NCBI GenBank assembly: GCA_951406725.2
Contig: OX597827.1
Span: 4,898,001 to 4,962,000 of the forward strand
Reading direction: 5' to 3'
From: Octopus vulgaris
Taxonomy: Eukaryota
Length of the DNA stretch: 64,000 nt
The first letter of the stretch is position 1. Each line of letters opens with the position of its first letter. Below, piece after piece: positions 12,523 through 25,520 of the stretch. A program made the position numbers and the translations under genes. The notes below the pieces were generated by a model, which saw only the letters and a list, made by a program, of their open reading frames with translations, did no database searches and was not told the origin of the DNA.

Positions 12523-14391
12523 AAGTTATATATATTTTCTTATCATTCTCTATAATTTCTTATTATTTTGTTTTCTTATTTTGATACCTTTACCTATCAA
12601 CCTCTTATCTCTTATAAGGTATTAATGTTCTTAAAGAGAGATATAAACTTTATAGTTACTTAAGTCTATGAGAGTTGATTATAACCTACCCAAAATAAAG
12701 TACAAATATTTGTGTATATTTGCATGTGTGCACATTGTCAAATATGTGTATGTATCTGTGCACAACTTGTTTTTTCTGATAGAGTCTTAATAAAGAACCC
12801 AGATGTAGATGTAGTAAAGATTGTTTGCCAAAAGAACATGGCAGTCCCAGTTTAGAACGAATGTTGCTGAATTTAGCTCCAGGAGACACCTTCTCCAGCT
12901 GGCTATATGACACAATCTGTGTCCTTATATTTTCGAACAAGGAAATCTAGCACCCCCACTCAGCTCAAAACAATATCTGTGTATCGTGATTTCCAGGTTA
13001 TTCCCCTTCTGAAGTACTGTTGGTGAATATCTCACATTGTGAGATTTAAAAATAGTAATTTTCCAAATGTAGATATATATCTACTTCCCAGCCTTCCATT
13101 AATTACCACCATTCAGTATCTGCGGTACACTTATTACTACAGTCTGATCCTAGAGTACACTTTGTTGCAAGCGTTCACCCTGGGTTTTAGGTGTGAATAT
13201 AACTTCCTTCCACCAGTCACGAAACCTGAAAAGTTTTTATAAGTACTGTCTATCCTCCCCTGACTAAGCCTCCTACAAGCACACCATAAAATTAGGAGCT
13301 CACAGAAGCAAAATTGTGGTACTTTTGTAGCAGTCTACTGTAACATTACAACACTTATACATGTGTGTATATTTTACACACACACACACAGGTGCACATG
13401 GGTGTATGCATGCACACGCACACACATACAAACATTCATTCAGAATTAATATAGCTTTTTTTTGTTTTTTTTTTGTGACAAATCAAAATATCTATAGAAA
13501 TATTTTAAATCACTTAATGGCCAAAAACTGAAGAGTCGTGTAGTACATTAATCCACACCCTAAAAAGATCAAAAATTCTCTTTTGCTAAAGTGCATCAGA
13601 TGTTCGCTATTTTTGCCATCATACATCAAAATGGCTAGCAGATGAGTGACAGCCTCATACAATGATGTTTCAACTACATCAAAGGGTTTTTTTTTTTAAA
13701 GTTAATGTGCACGTATGTTTTTTTGTTTTTTTTTTACTATGTATATAAATATAAAATTTCTTCATTTATTTCATTGCTTGCTTGAAAAAAAATCAGTAAA
13801 ACATGAAGCTAATAGATGCAATCTCTGTAATTCTAGCTGGAAATATAAATTAATGTTTGATTCTACACAAACATACATACACATTTATTATATGTGTGTG
13901 TACGCATTGCATGAATTTACAGTTGCTTTCATGGTGAACATTCCATTTATTTGATCAATGGGTTATAATATGAGTGGCTGAATATTTCATGTCCACAAGT
14001 ACTCTCATCACAATGAAGAGACAGAATCAAGGTGACACTGTAGGTAAATTCTGGCCATTTCAAATACAGGTGTAATACTTGGGTTGACCTAGTATATAAA
14101 TATATATATATATATACGGACGCTAAACGATGATGATGATGATGATGATATATATATATAATATATTAATAAATAAAAACATATGCATATATATATACAT
14201 ATATGTACGTACCTACCTCTACATGTATATATACAAGCATATATGAGTACAGGACAACAAAAAAATAGAGTACATATATATATATATATATATATATTAC
14301 ATATATACACACATATATGTGTGTGTGTGTTTGTGCACATGTGCTTCTGTGTATATATCTCTCTCTCAATCTATATGTGTCTGTATGTGTT

Positions 14392-14442
<51 letters not shown>

Positions 14443-14617
14443 TTCTATGTAGACTTGGCAGTAGGGCATGATGCAAAAGGTTAAAATTGAGCTGAACAAA
14501 AGCATCAAAGACTTCCACTTTCAATGTTAAAAATAACAAATAAAGGATTTTACAATTTAGTCTGTTTTTAACACGGAAAAAAAAAAAGACAGCATCAAAA
14601 CGAATATATCCATTTAT

Positions 14618-14667
<50 letters not shown>

Positions 14668-14782
14668 CACACACACACACACATACACACACACACAACA
14701 CATACATACAATTACATGTGCAATGTGTGTAGATATGTATATATATACACATGCATATATATATATATTAACATACATACAT

Positions 14783-14814
<32 letters not shown>

Positions 14815-14851
14815 CATACACACACATATATATATACACATACATACATAT

Positions 14852-14882
<31 letters not shown>

Positions 14883-15171
14883 CACATATATATGCAATGA
14901 AAATGAAAGTGAAGTTCGTGTACATCAAGTAACTAAAAGTTCAAAAGATAAACATGGATAAACAACCCATTTCATCAACCAACTTTCTATCTAGACTCAT
15001 TACCATACATGGCTCATTAGAAATACTTGCTGAGATACTTATAATTCCTGATGATTTAGAGTATGCTTTATTCACTCAAATACTCAGTGAGGTCATACAA
15101 AAAGCTGTCCATAACCAACGGTTGTCGTTGCAGTAATATTGTAAACTGTTATAGAGGCAAACGAGATACAC

Positions 15172-15269
<98 letters not shown>

Positions 15270-15556
15270 GGTGGTGGAATTAGAGTGACATCAAATTAGA
15301 GGACTAGGTCATGAGAGTTACAGAGAGTGTCTTTGCAAAGTTCAGCACGGGATAAATGTTTCATGGCTTTCCAGTCTTCAGACTTGAGTATAATTCATTT
15401 GTGAATATCTAGATATGTAACCCCACCACATGCACACATGTGTGTGTCTACATATATTTATACATATGTATATATATTTATATTTGTGTTCATATATATG
15501 TATACATATGTATATGTGTGATATATTCATATTCACATACATGTGGTGGATGAATA

Positions 15557-15628
<72 letters not shown>

Positions 15629-15632
<4 letters not shown>

Positions 15633-17443
15633 CATAAAGAAGTGATTGCCAGCAGATTCACAGTGCCATTTAAATTAGACACAGTCAAACTTATTCTAGA
15701 AAACAACACATTCTTCTTCAATGGAAAGAATTACATCCAAATTAGAGGCACGGCGATGGGAACGAGGTTTGCTCCTGTTTACGCCAACTCTGTAATGGGA
15801 TACTTAGAACACAACAACCCTACCAAGAGGTGGAGGTAAACTATGGCACTGGATTTAGAAAGTATATTGAAAAAGCATGGAAGAGATACCTTGATGACTG
15901 CTTCATAATCTGGACAGAATCTCTAAATACTGTGGAAGAGTTCAATATCCTCCTGAACAACCTACACCTGTCTCTCCAATTTACAAAGGAGATGAGTAGT
16001 ACCAAATTACCATTCTTAGATATAATGGTAATTAAAAAAGACACCACCATCACCACAGATATATACTATAAACACACAGACACACATCAATACCTAAATT
16101 TTAAGTCGTGCCATCCACCACATACAAAACGCAACATCCCATACTGCCTAGCCAGAAGAATTTGTACCATTATAGAAGATGCAAATATCAGGAACAAACG
16201 CCTAACAGAACTAAGAGAATTTTTGCTCAAACAAAAATACCCATCTCTACTTATAGAAAATGGCATACAGCAGGCTATAAAAATACCCATACAACAACTT
16301 AGGACAACCCAAGGAAGAGGAAAACAAGAACAAGTCATACCATTCATAGTGAGACACAACCCATGTCACCAGAATATCTTCAACATTGCCAAAGCAAACC
16401 TACCAATCATTGCCCAAAGTAATGAATTAAAAGACATAATCACGGATCGAGCTATGGTTCTTAGTAAAAGACAGCCTAAAAAGTTGAAAAAATTACTAAC
16501 AAAGGCAAAATTTGACCTTAGCAACAAAGACCAAACATTCACTGTATCTAAATGCAATGATAGCCGTTGTGGCACATGCCAATTCATACATACCAGCCAA
16601 TATATAAACACAAAAACCAGGAAAATATTCACAAACGCGAATATGAACTGCAAAAGCAGAAATTTAATTTACTGCATCAAATGCCCAAATTGTGAAGAAA
16701 TATATGTAGGTCAGACGGGAAATGCACTATCAGAACCATGTGGTCGGAAAATATATATAATATTTCCATTCTACAAATTACACAGCCCAAGTGAAATCGA
16801 GAGGAAAATCAGAGAAAAGAATTTTATTGATAAATTCGAACCCAAGCTAAATAAGCAATAATAATAATACCTAGATAGCAGGAAAATTATCTTATTTAGG
16901 GTTAAAAGTTCTATTGCCACCACCATCACCACTAGCAACAATAATTAAGGTGCTGACAATGATGATGATGACAATTGAAATATAAAAATATAAAAATCTC
17001 TGACAAAGGCTATTTACAACATTTCTAAAAATAGCCCAACAATTGCTGCCTCGGCCAGGGTTAAGATACATGACTCTTGACATGTCCAACAAAGCGTGAC
17101 GCCTAAACCAATCAGCTCAACCAACCAATCAGCTTCAGTAATTGAGTGATACTACACACTGATTGGTCAGAATACAGTTTGCAAAACCTAGCACTCTGGA
17201 GCCCACACAGGTATATTTAAGGCACAGATTCAATCATCTTGCTACAGTCAAAAATTGTGAAGCATGGCTGTCACTACTACTACATGAACCTGAAGATTAC
17301 AGAATTTAATGCATGAAAGTACTAGTTCAATCAGAATGAACATTTAACATTCTATTATTTTATTTTATTTTATTATATTATCTTATATCCTTATAAGATT
17401 GTAAATAAAACGTGAAAATCAGACAAGGTTGGAATTCCTTTTA

Positions 17444-17445
<2 letters not shown>
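15629..17445 (+). mobile_element. Penelope-like retroelement, 5'-truncated: RT, GIY-YIG endonuclease and 3' pseudo-LTR
   Basis: [14 protein letters not shown] (ORF 15642-15839); frameshift; WKRYLDDCFIIW, LPFLDI, TDIYYKHTDTHQYL..SCHP, NLIYCIKCPNCEEIYVGQTG (ORF 15830-16861); 3' region has CCAAT boxes, a TATA-like motif, a hammerhead motif and AATAAA; (TA)n on both sides. Confidence 0.93.
17285..17329 (+). ncRNA. Minimal type I hammerhead ribozyme motif in the Penelope pseudo-LTR (stem II imperfect)
   Basis: TGAAC-CTGAAGA-ttacagaatttaatgcat-GAAA-GTAC-TA-GTTCA: stem I TGAAC/GTTCA, CUGANGA core, GAAA, palindromic AGTACT, CUA triplet. Confidence 0.7.
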
Positions 17446-17479
<34 letters not shown>

Positions 17480-17480
<1 letters not shown>

Positions 17481-18759
17481 TGGGTCATCCCATAAATAAG
17501 ATGGTTTTTTTAATACATCTTTTATTTTTAAAAATTAAGATAAACAAAGTTCTTTTTTAATCTAAAATATACTCTCCTTCATTTTCTACAATGCTCTTCC
17601 ATCTAGCTGGTAGATTGCAAGGCCCATCTCCCAAAATTCACTTGTCTGTGATGTAAAAAAACTCCTCTAGTACTGTTCTGACTTTGCCTACAGAATTCAT
17701 ATTTTTCTGTCCAAATGATTTTGAAGACTGCAGAATAAATAATAATCATATGGGGCAATGTCCAGCAAATATGGTGGGTGGGGTATCGTTTCCCATTCAA
17801 ATTGCTCCAGTCTTTGGAATGTCATCCTTGCTGTATGTGGCCAAGCATTATCCTGATGGAAGAACACCTTTCGTCTTGAAACCAAAGACGGTCATTTTTC
17901 TTCTAGCAATGACTTGAGCCACCCAAGCTGCTCGCAGTAGATCTCCTTTGTTATCATTTGGTTTGGGTTTAAAAGTTCAAAGTGGACTAAACCTTTCATA
18001 TCCCACCAAACAGATAACAACACCTTATGTGGGTGAAGATCTTCTTTAACCTGGGTTGCCGGAGTTTATTCTTTCCCTACCCACTGTCTTCAGTGCTTGA
18101 CATTTTTATAGAGAACTCATTTCTTGACACCAGTCACTATTCAGTCTAAAAGAAGTTCAGTTGTGAGACATGACAGCAGAGAAGAGCACACATTCAATCT
18201 CTGCAAGCGATTAGACTCAGAAAGTTTGTGAGGAACCCGTTGACCCAATTTGCTGACTTTTCTGATGGCATGCAGGTGTCAATGAATGACCAAATCAAAG
18301 TTTCTTTGCTAGTTCTTCAACAATTACGATGGGACTTTGTTCCACCAGGGTTTGCAGCATGTCCTCGTCAAGCTCTACAGATCTTCCAAGATGAGGTTCA
18401 TCTTCTAGGTTGTAGTTTCCGGCTCGGAATGTTTGGAACCACCGTTGACTCTGGCTTACACTTATTGTCTGATCCCCATATACTGCATTAATATTCCTCG
18501 CACTTTCCATTGCATTCTTGCCTTTATTGAACTCATAAAGCAAAATATATCAAATATCCTCCTTTGTCAATTCCATTATAGCCTTGAAAAAATAGCTGTT
18601 AAAATCGAATTGCACTCTTCAAAACTTGCACTAAGAATAAGGAGACAGTAAAATTACTACCTGCTTTTATAGCAAGTTGATGCAGGTAGTTTATCCCATT
18701 CCCCTCTGACTTTTAGTTCATGCATTTGAGAAAACCGCATTATTTATGGGATAGCCCAA
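17480..18759 (-). mobile_element. Mariner (DD34D) transposon, full length, degenerate transposase
   Basis: TIRs ttgggtcatcccataaataa / ttatttatgggatagcccaa; fragments LLYEFNKGKNAMESARNINAVYG, WVPHKL, VWWDMKGLVHFELL, FHQDNAWPH, HPPYLLDIAPYDYYLF; multiple stops and frameshifts. Confidence 0.92.
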
Positions 18760-19371
18760 TGTGTGTGTATGGGTGTGTGTGAATGTGTGTGTGTGTGTGT
18801 GTGAATGTGTGTGTGTGTGTGTATATATATATATGTGGAAATGATTTATGCAAAGGGACAGTAAAACTTGGAACACATCTTGTCAACTATGTCAACTAAA
18901 ATTAGTGTAGTTTTAGTGCATTTGAAAGCTACTTCTCTTGCCATGCTCGTGATGATGAATATCTTGATGTGATAGTGATTATAAAGGAAAAAAACTGAAT
19001 GTAGATGATGACAGGTAGATGAGATAGAAAACTATGAAACAAAACAGGTAAAAATACACTTGAAAGAAAATACACACACGCACACACAGACACACAGACA
19101 CACATGCATGCACTCATAGTAGTCTTTTCACCAGATATGGAAAAACAGTGGAGTCACCTAGTGCCTGTGTGAGCAAAGTAAACTGGTTCTTTGTGATGTT
19201 CACCACCTCAATGATGGTTGCTACCACTGACAAGGCCAGAGGAGTGGTAACATGGACTTTAAAGACTCCAAACTTTATATGATGCAAACTATGTTGATTC
19301 TTGTCTCCATTGCTGATGAGGAAGTGTTCTACATCTTATTGTCCTTGCCTATTGATTGCTTCTATGTCCCA

Positions 19372-19787
19372 CTTTACTCTTTTACTCTTTTACTTGTTTC
19401 AGTCATTTGACTGTGGCCATGCTGGAGCACCGCCTTTTAGTCGAGCAAATCGACCCCGGGACTTATTCTTTGTAAGCCCAGTACTTATTCTATCGGGCTC
19501 TTTCGCCGAACCGCTAAGTGACGGGTACGTAAACACACCAGCATCGGTTGTTAAGCAATGCTAGGGGGACAAACACAGACACACAAACTTATACACACAC
19601 ACTTATATATATATACATATATACAACAGGCTTCTTTCAGTTTCCATCTACCAAATCCACTCACAAGGCATTGGTTGGCCCGAGGCTATAGTAGAAGACA
19701 CTTGCCCAAAGTGCCACGCAGTGGGACTGAACCCGGAACCACGTGGTTGGTTAGCAAGCTACTTACCACACAGCCACTCCTGCACCT
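19372..19787 (-). mobile_element. Full-length tRNA-derived CORE-type SINE
   Basis: Minus-strand head ggtgcaggagtggctgtgtggtaag...ggttcagtccc, CORE-like ttgggcaagtgtct, internal microsatellite, (AAAAGAGT)n tail; near-identical to 50937-51360. Confidence 0.9.
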
Positions 19788-20441
19788 TTGATCCTCGTTA
19801 CTAGATTTCTTGTGCACACTGCATCCTAATACAACTATTGGTGGTTTTCCTCTCTCACTGGAACCATTTCATCTTTTCATTCATACATACTTATTCTCTC
19901 TCTCTCTCCTCCTCTCTCTCTCCTCTCCCTCTCTCTCTTTCTTTTGGTCTTGCTGGCAATTACTGTTCCTTTCCTTCTGTCTTCTTCCCTACCCCGCTTC
20001 CCTCTCTTCTTTATTAATTGCTCTTATTGACACTTCCCCAACCCTGCTCTTTATCTTTCTGTGTCTCTCTCTCGGCTTCCTTGTGTCCTGCTGTTGCTGA
20101 TCCCTTGACCGAACCCAACACTCCATTCCTTCATTTTGTCTGTTTTCTTTTATACTTCCCTCTTATTTATAGTATTATATAAATCTTCTTATTTTTCTTT
20201 ATGGTCACACTTACATACCATTGTTTTCAGTTCCCCCTTGAAAGACTATGATATATATTTATACTTTTTATTGAATTGTTCTTGTATCTCTGTCTATAAG
20301 TTTCTCCTCCATTTGAATGTTGGCCAGAAGTGTTGTACCATAGAGTTTATATCGTTTGGTGATTCTAGTTCCCATGACTGACAAGAGATGTTCCATGTTT
20401 TATTGTCCTTTTCCATTAATTGTTTCTATGCTGGACACCCA

Positions 20442-20638
20442 TGGCACCTGTGCAGGTGGCACGTAAAAAGCACCCACTACACTCACGGAGTGGTTGGCGT
20501 TAGGAAGGGCATCCAGCTGTAGAAACTCTACCTGATCAGACTGGAGCCTGGTGCAGCCCCTGGCTTCCCAGACCCCGGTCGAACCGTCCAACCCGTGCTA
20601 GTGCGGAAAACGGACGTTAAACGATGAGGATGATGATG
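20442..20638 (+). mobile_element. (GAT)n-tailed SINE, 5'-truncated
   Basis: High similarity to 10913-11107. Confidence 0.85.
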
Positions 20639-20884
20639 TCTCATTTGGAATTTTCACCTTGATTTCTGGTGCACACTTCATTTGAGTATTGCATCTGTCT
20701 GTATGTACATATATATGTATTATTGTGTATATCATAGTTTTAAAATTGGATACATTACATTCCTGCATGTTACAAGAGTTGACTGCAGAAATAGCATTCT
20801 GTTGTAAAACACTGCCATAGAAAACTTATCCAACCGATTCCAATGCAGAAAGTGAACAATAAGGATGATGATGATGATGATATA

Positions 20885-21659
20885 CAGGGTGTGATGGGTA
20901 AATTATCTCCATGTTATATTTTTAATTTCATGCATGCACATTGTCTGTTTTTGATTTTTTCAACTACACTGTAGAGTAGGGTCAGATGGGCACCGTCTGT
21001 GAGAAAATCAGCACCATGACACAATTCACTCAGGCAGAAATTTGGAAATGATATGCTGTACTGCTTGGCATTTGCACTGGAAGCTCCAATATGAAGATTT
21101 CAGAGTGTTTGGATGCTAGTCTGAGGACACGGACTCCCGGACTTCCCACACAGACTCAGACTCAACATGGTGGCTTACATCTAGTGCCTAGAGGAGGTAG
21201 TGCTGCCCTGGGTCAAGAGGGTGGCTGCTGGAAGACCCTGTCTGGCAACAGGACTCTGCACCATGCCACATGAGCAGGAGAACCCAGTGATGGCTGTTAG
21301 ACAATTTCTGTGGCCACATCAACCCTAACATCTGGCCACTTAACTCCCCAGACTGCAGCCCCCTTGATTATAATGAGTGAGAGACCAACCAAACTCCTTG
21401 TAACACCAAAGATGAACTGGAGGCAAGGATTATGGCTGCATTCACTGACTTAAACAAGGAGACTGTCCAGATGAGTTGTAAGAGATTCCAAAGTCGTATG
21501 GAGGCTGTAGTTGAAGCCAGTGGCAATTTTTATTGAATAATTTACTGCTTAGTATTTCAAGACATTTTTTTGTAATTTTGCTAAATATATCTGTTGAAAT
21601 GAGATATTAGTGTTATTTTCATTTTTGCATAACTTAGACAACAGTTTATTCACCACACC

Positions 21660-21662
<3 letters not shown>
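20885..21662 (+). mobile_element. Internally deleted Tc1/mariner element, probably maT/DD37D type
   Basis: TA-flanked TIRs cagggtgtgatgggtaaatt / agtttattcaccacaccctg; remnants WQQDSAPCH and IWPLNSPDCSPLDY (third catalytic residue D). Confidence 0.8.
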
Positions 21663-21700
<38 letters not shown>

Positions 21701-22333
21701 AATAGATATAGATACACACACACATAGACACATATATCATTAATAAGTATTGGATGCATGCTAAATTACTTATTAGAAAATCTAATGAATTTAATGTAAT
21801 TAACTCATAGTTTTTTGATGCACATGTAAAATGTATGCAGGAGTTAAAATCTCTTATCATTTACTTCACACTAAGAAATGAAGAAGAAATTTCTGACATG
21901 TTTCATGTCTGCTTGGCCAGTATCAAACTGAGGTATGCCTCATTCTTCTGCCCATGAAGAAAACTCATAGCAATCGCTATTTAAATCAGCTACAAACAAG
22001 TATCCAGCTGAAATGGTGAGCTGAATTTGTATATCGTTCATCTGTTAGTAGCATGATTAAATAATAAGTAATTGCAAATGATATCCATTACAAAATTTAA
22101 GATAAACTTAATGTAGTTACAGTACAGGATTAATTCTCTGGAATGTAAACAGATATAAATATATCTTATCATTCTCTTCACAAACAGAACAATAAAAGGG
22201 ATTACCCAAACATGTTTCATGGCTGCTTGGCCACCTTGTCTTCTGCACCAGAAGAGAATATATAGTAACAGTTATTTAAATCAGATGCAAGCCAGATACA
22301 CATATATGAATGTTAGTTGTATATGTGTGTACA

Positions 22334-22426
<93 letters not shown>

Positions 22427-24489
22427 AGCAAAATTCACATACATATGCACACATGTGTATATGTATGTCTTGTGAATAAGTAAATATATATATATATATG
22501 TATGTACTTGTGTGTGTATTTGTGCCTGTTTAAACATTTTTATGTGTATATATAAATATGCTTCTGTATATTAATATAAGTGTGCTTTTAAAAATGTTAA
22601 AAGCACACACACACACACACATATATACACACGTACACACACATGTTTATATATGTGTGTATTTAAATTCAAGCGATGGGAAAATTTTTGTTTGATTGGG
22701 TTGAAATTGCTTTTTGATTGCATTTGAGACTGATGTTTGTGTTTCTCTACAATTCATAATGACTGTTTGCTCTGAAACAGAGCTGAGATACAATAATCAA
22801 TAGACATATAGTTTCTAAAGCCAGTCAGATAGCAATTTTTGCACGTAACCTCTGCAGTGTAAAAGAATTGTTCTGAAGCTGAGCATTTAGCCTTTAATTC
22901 AGTTTTACTCTGGTGTCAAATGATTCTATTGTTCAGTTCAGGCAAGTAGTTCTTGAACAAACGAACTTTAGAAATGCTAGTATTGAATCAAATTTTTATT
23001 ATTTGAAAATAAGCAATTCACAACTATAATAATATTCATTCTCTCTCAGACTCATGATAGGCTGTGATGATATCTCCTATCAGAAACTCTAATAGGTATA
23101 TACAATAATTTCTCCTTTTTTTTTTTTTTTCATTTTTCTTTTTTCTTTTCTGTTTTTTTTTTCTTTTGCAAATAGGGTTGCTGGCAATGTTATTTATATT
23201 TGAAATGTTATCATTGTGCTATTTATGTTTAAAATGTGAGACAAGAAAACACATTTATATACATACAGACATAAAATATAATTTATAAATATGAAGTCAA
23301 ATTCAGAAAATAATGATAAATTACCAATAATTCAATATTTCTGAGAAAATATGTATATTTTATATGTGTTTAAGTTAAAATAATTGAACAACATATACGT
23401 GTTATACTTTGACACTAAAAAAGCACTTTTTTCTTCTGACTCAGGTTTTTATTTGCTTCTGTGATAGTTGTGTCATTTTATCTATAATAATAGGTTTTTC
23501 ATAAGATGAAATAATAATTTCAAATTATAGAAATTAAAGGGTAAATCATCTTGCTACATTCGCTTATAAAATTTTTCTTTTTTTCTAATATTTGTGTTTT
23601 ACATGTATATATTGTTTATTTTTTAGTTTTAATATATGCCTGCTGATATATTCAAACTGATATATTTGTTTTGGATGAACCATAAATTTGATACAGGCCT
23701 TCAAATATTATCTAAATTTCAGTATTCATTTAGCACCATAGTTTATAAGAAAACAAAATCCTTATAATATAATCCAGTTTGAAATATTTTACCTGTTTCA
23801 GTTGATTTTGTATTTCCTTTTCCTGCTTATTGCTGAATATGTTGAAGTGTTTGTAGGTTCCTTTTAGTAATTGGTAAGCCTTTTCATATATATGGTACAT
23901 CATTAGAAAATAACTTAATGGCTGAAAATAATTTTAATCAGCATTACTGAGCTTAAAGAAACAAAATATCAATTTTAGTTTAATTTGTATCATTATTTAA
24001 TAATAAATAGCCTTACTATATTGAATTTATGATTAATTATTGGACTAACATACAACTGACATGTAAAAATCTAACATGACCTTAAGTGAAAGTAATGTGA
24101 CTTTTCATTTTCAAATTAAGAATTTTTTCATTAAATTAGTAATTTCAAGCATAGAAACAATGTTAATATTTAGAACCAATAAATATTTAATGCTTCTAGT
24201 TTTCTTTAATGTGTGTTTTCTTAATGTTTTGTCTGTTATGATCAAGGAATTGAAACTGAACTCATTAATTCTTTGCACAATAGATTTCACTTTGAATCGG
24301 TGTAAGTGGTTTGTATAAAAATTGTAAAACTGAAGGAAATTATATATTGTTCACTAGCATGATAACTAAGCCTAGTCTTTTTATTGAAAAGTTTGAGAGA
24401 AGTATATATGAAAGAACACTGATGCACTTGTTCTAACCAAACTAGAAAAGAAAGCCATAAAAGTGTTAACAGTGTGTACTGAATGAGCA

Positions 24490-25520
24490 ATGGATTAAGG
24501 GAAGGAGAGTTAGGGATTATTCAGGTAGAATCAACACATGTATCTGCTGCTTCAGTATGGTTATTAAGGAGATACAGGTAGTATAACAAGCAATCCATGA
24601 AGGATTAGTTGCTGTGTTGTTGAAAGCATGGATTACCAGGCAGCACAGAAAGTCATCCTAAATAATTGTTGTAGAAGACCCCTCATCAACTCCTGTGGGA
24701 CAAACTGGAGAGGAGCTGTTACTTAGGACTTGTGTAAATCAATCGAATTTTGAAAGTATATAAAGGAGATTTACCAAAATTACTACCAGATTATCTTAAA
24801 ATGCAGTTTCAGTGTGTCCATGACATGGAATCATAAATGTCATATTCCTTGTGAGACAATTGCAAAAGAAGTTCTTAACTGAGAACAAAGCACTACTTTG
24901 TATATGTTGTTTTGGAGAGAGAGCATTTGTGAAAGACTCTTGTTCTGTAGTCTGGTTTCCTCTAAGGAAATAAATATTAATGAATGGCATTGATATCAGA
25001 TCAAGGCATGAATGAAGTAACTGGAAGCAAGGTTAGAGATGGTAGTCTCTGCAGTAAGGAAAGTGCAAAAGAGTCTCAAGATGTTGTTGGTAACAAGGAG
25101 TTTATTATTTAATAGCCAGAACAGTTGTGGAATATGTGAAATGAATATCATAGATTTGTGGAGAGTGGATAGAAATAAAGTGACGATATTCCATTGGACT
25201 TGTAATAGTAAATTGCATGAAAAATGTAATACAAACTACCTGAGAAATCATTTATACATTAAAGTCATTGGCTGAAGTAAGCAGTAGAAATGTTTATGGT
25301 GGAAGGACAAGTACTAAGTAAAAAATAATTTGTGTTGATAGTTAGATGGTGCACACTATAGAGTGTGACAGGAAAAATTAAGGAAGAATATTCAGGTGAG
25401 ATACAGAATGCTTGACCTTGAAGATATGATGATAGATTACAAGTAGCAATAGTGTGTGAAGCAGACTGATGCAATCTAAGTTAATATGTCAAATGGATAT
25501 CAAACTATTGACGATGATTA
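24490..25520 (+). mobile_element. Possible highly decayed LINE (RTE-like) 3' portion
   Basis: Purine-rich non-microsatellite block ending in gacgatgat; only faint resemblance to RTE ends; no intact motif. Confidence 0.25.
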
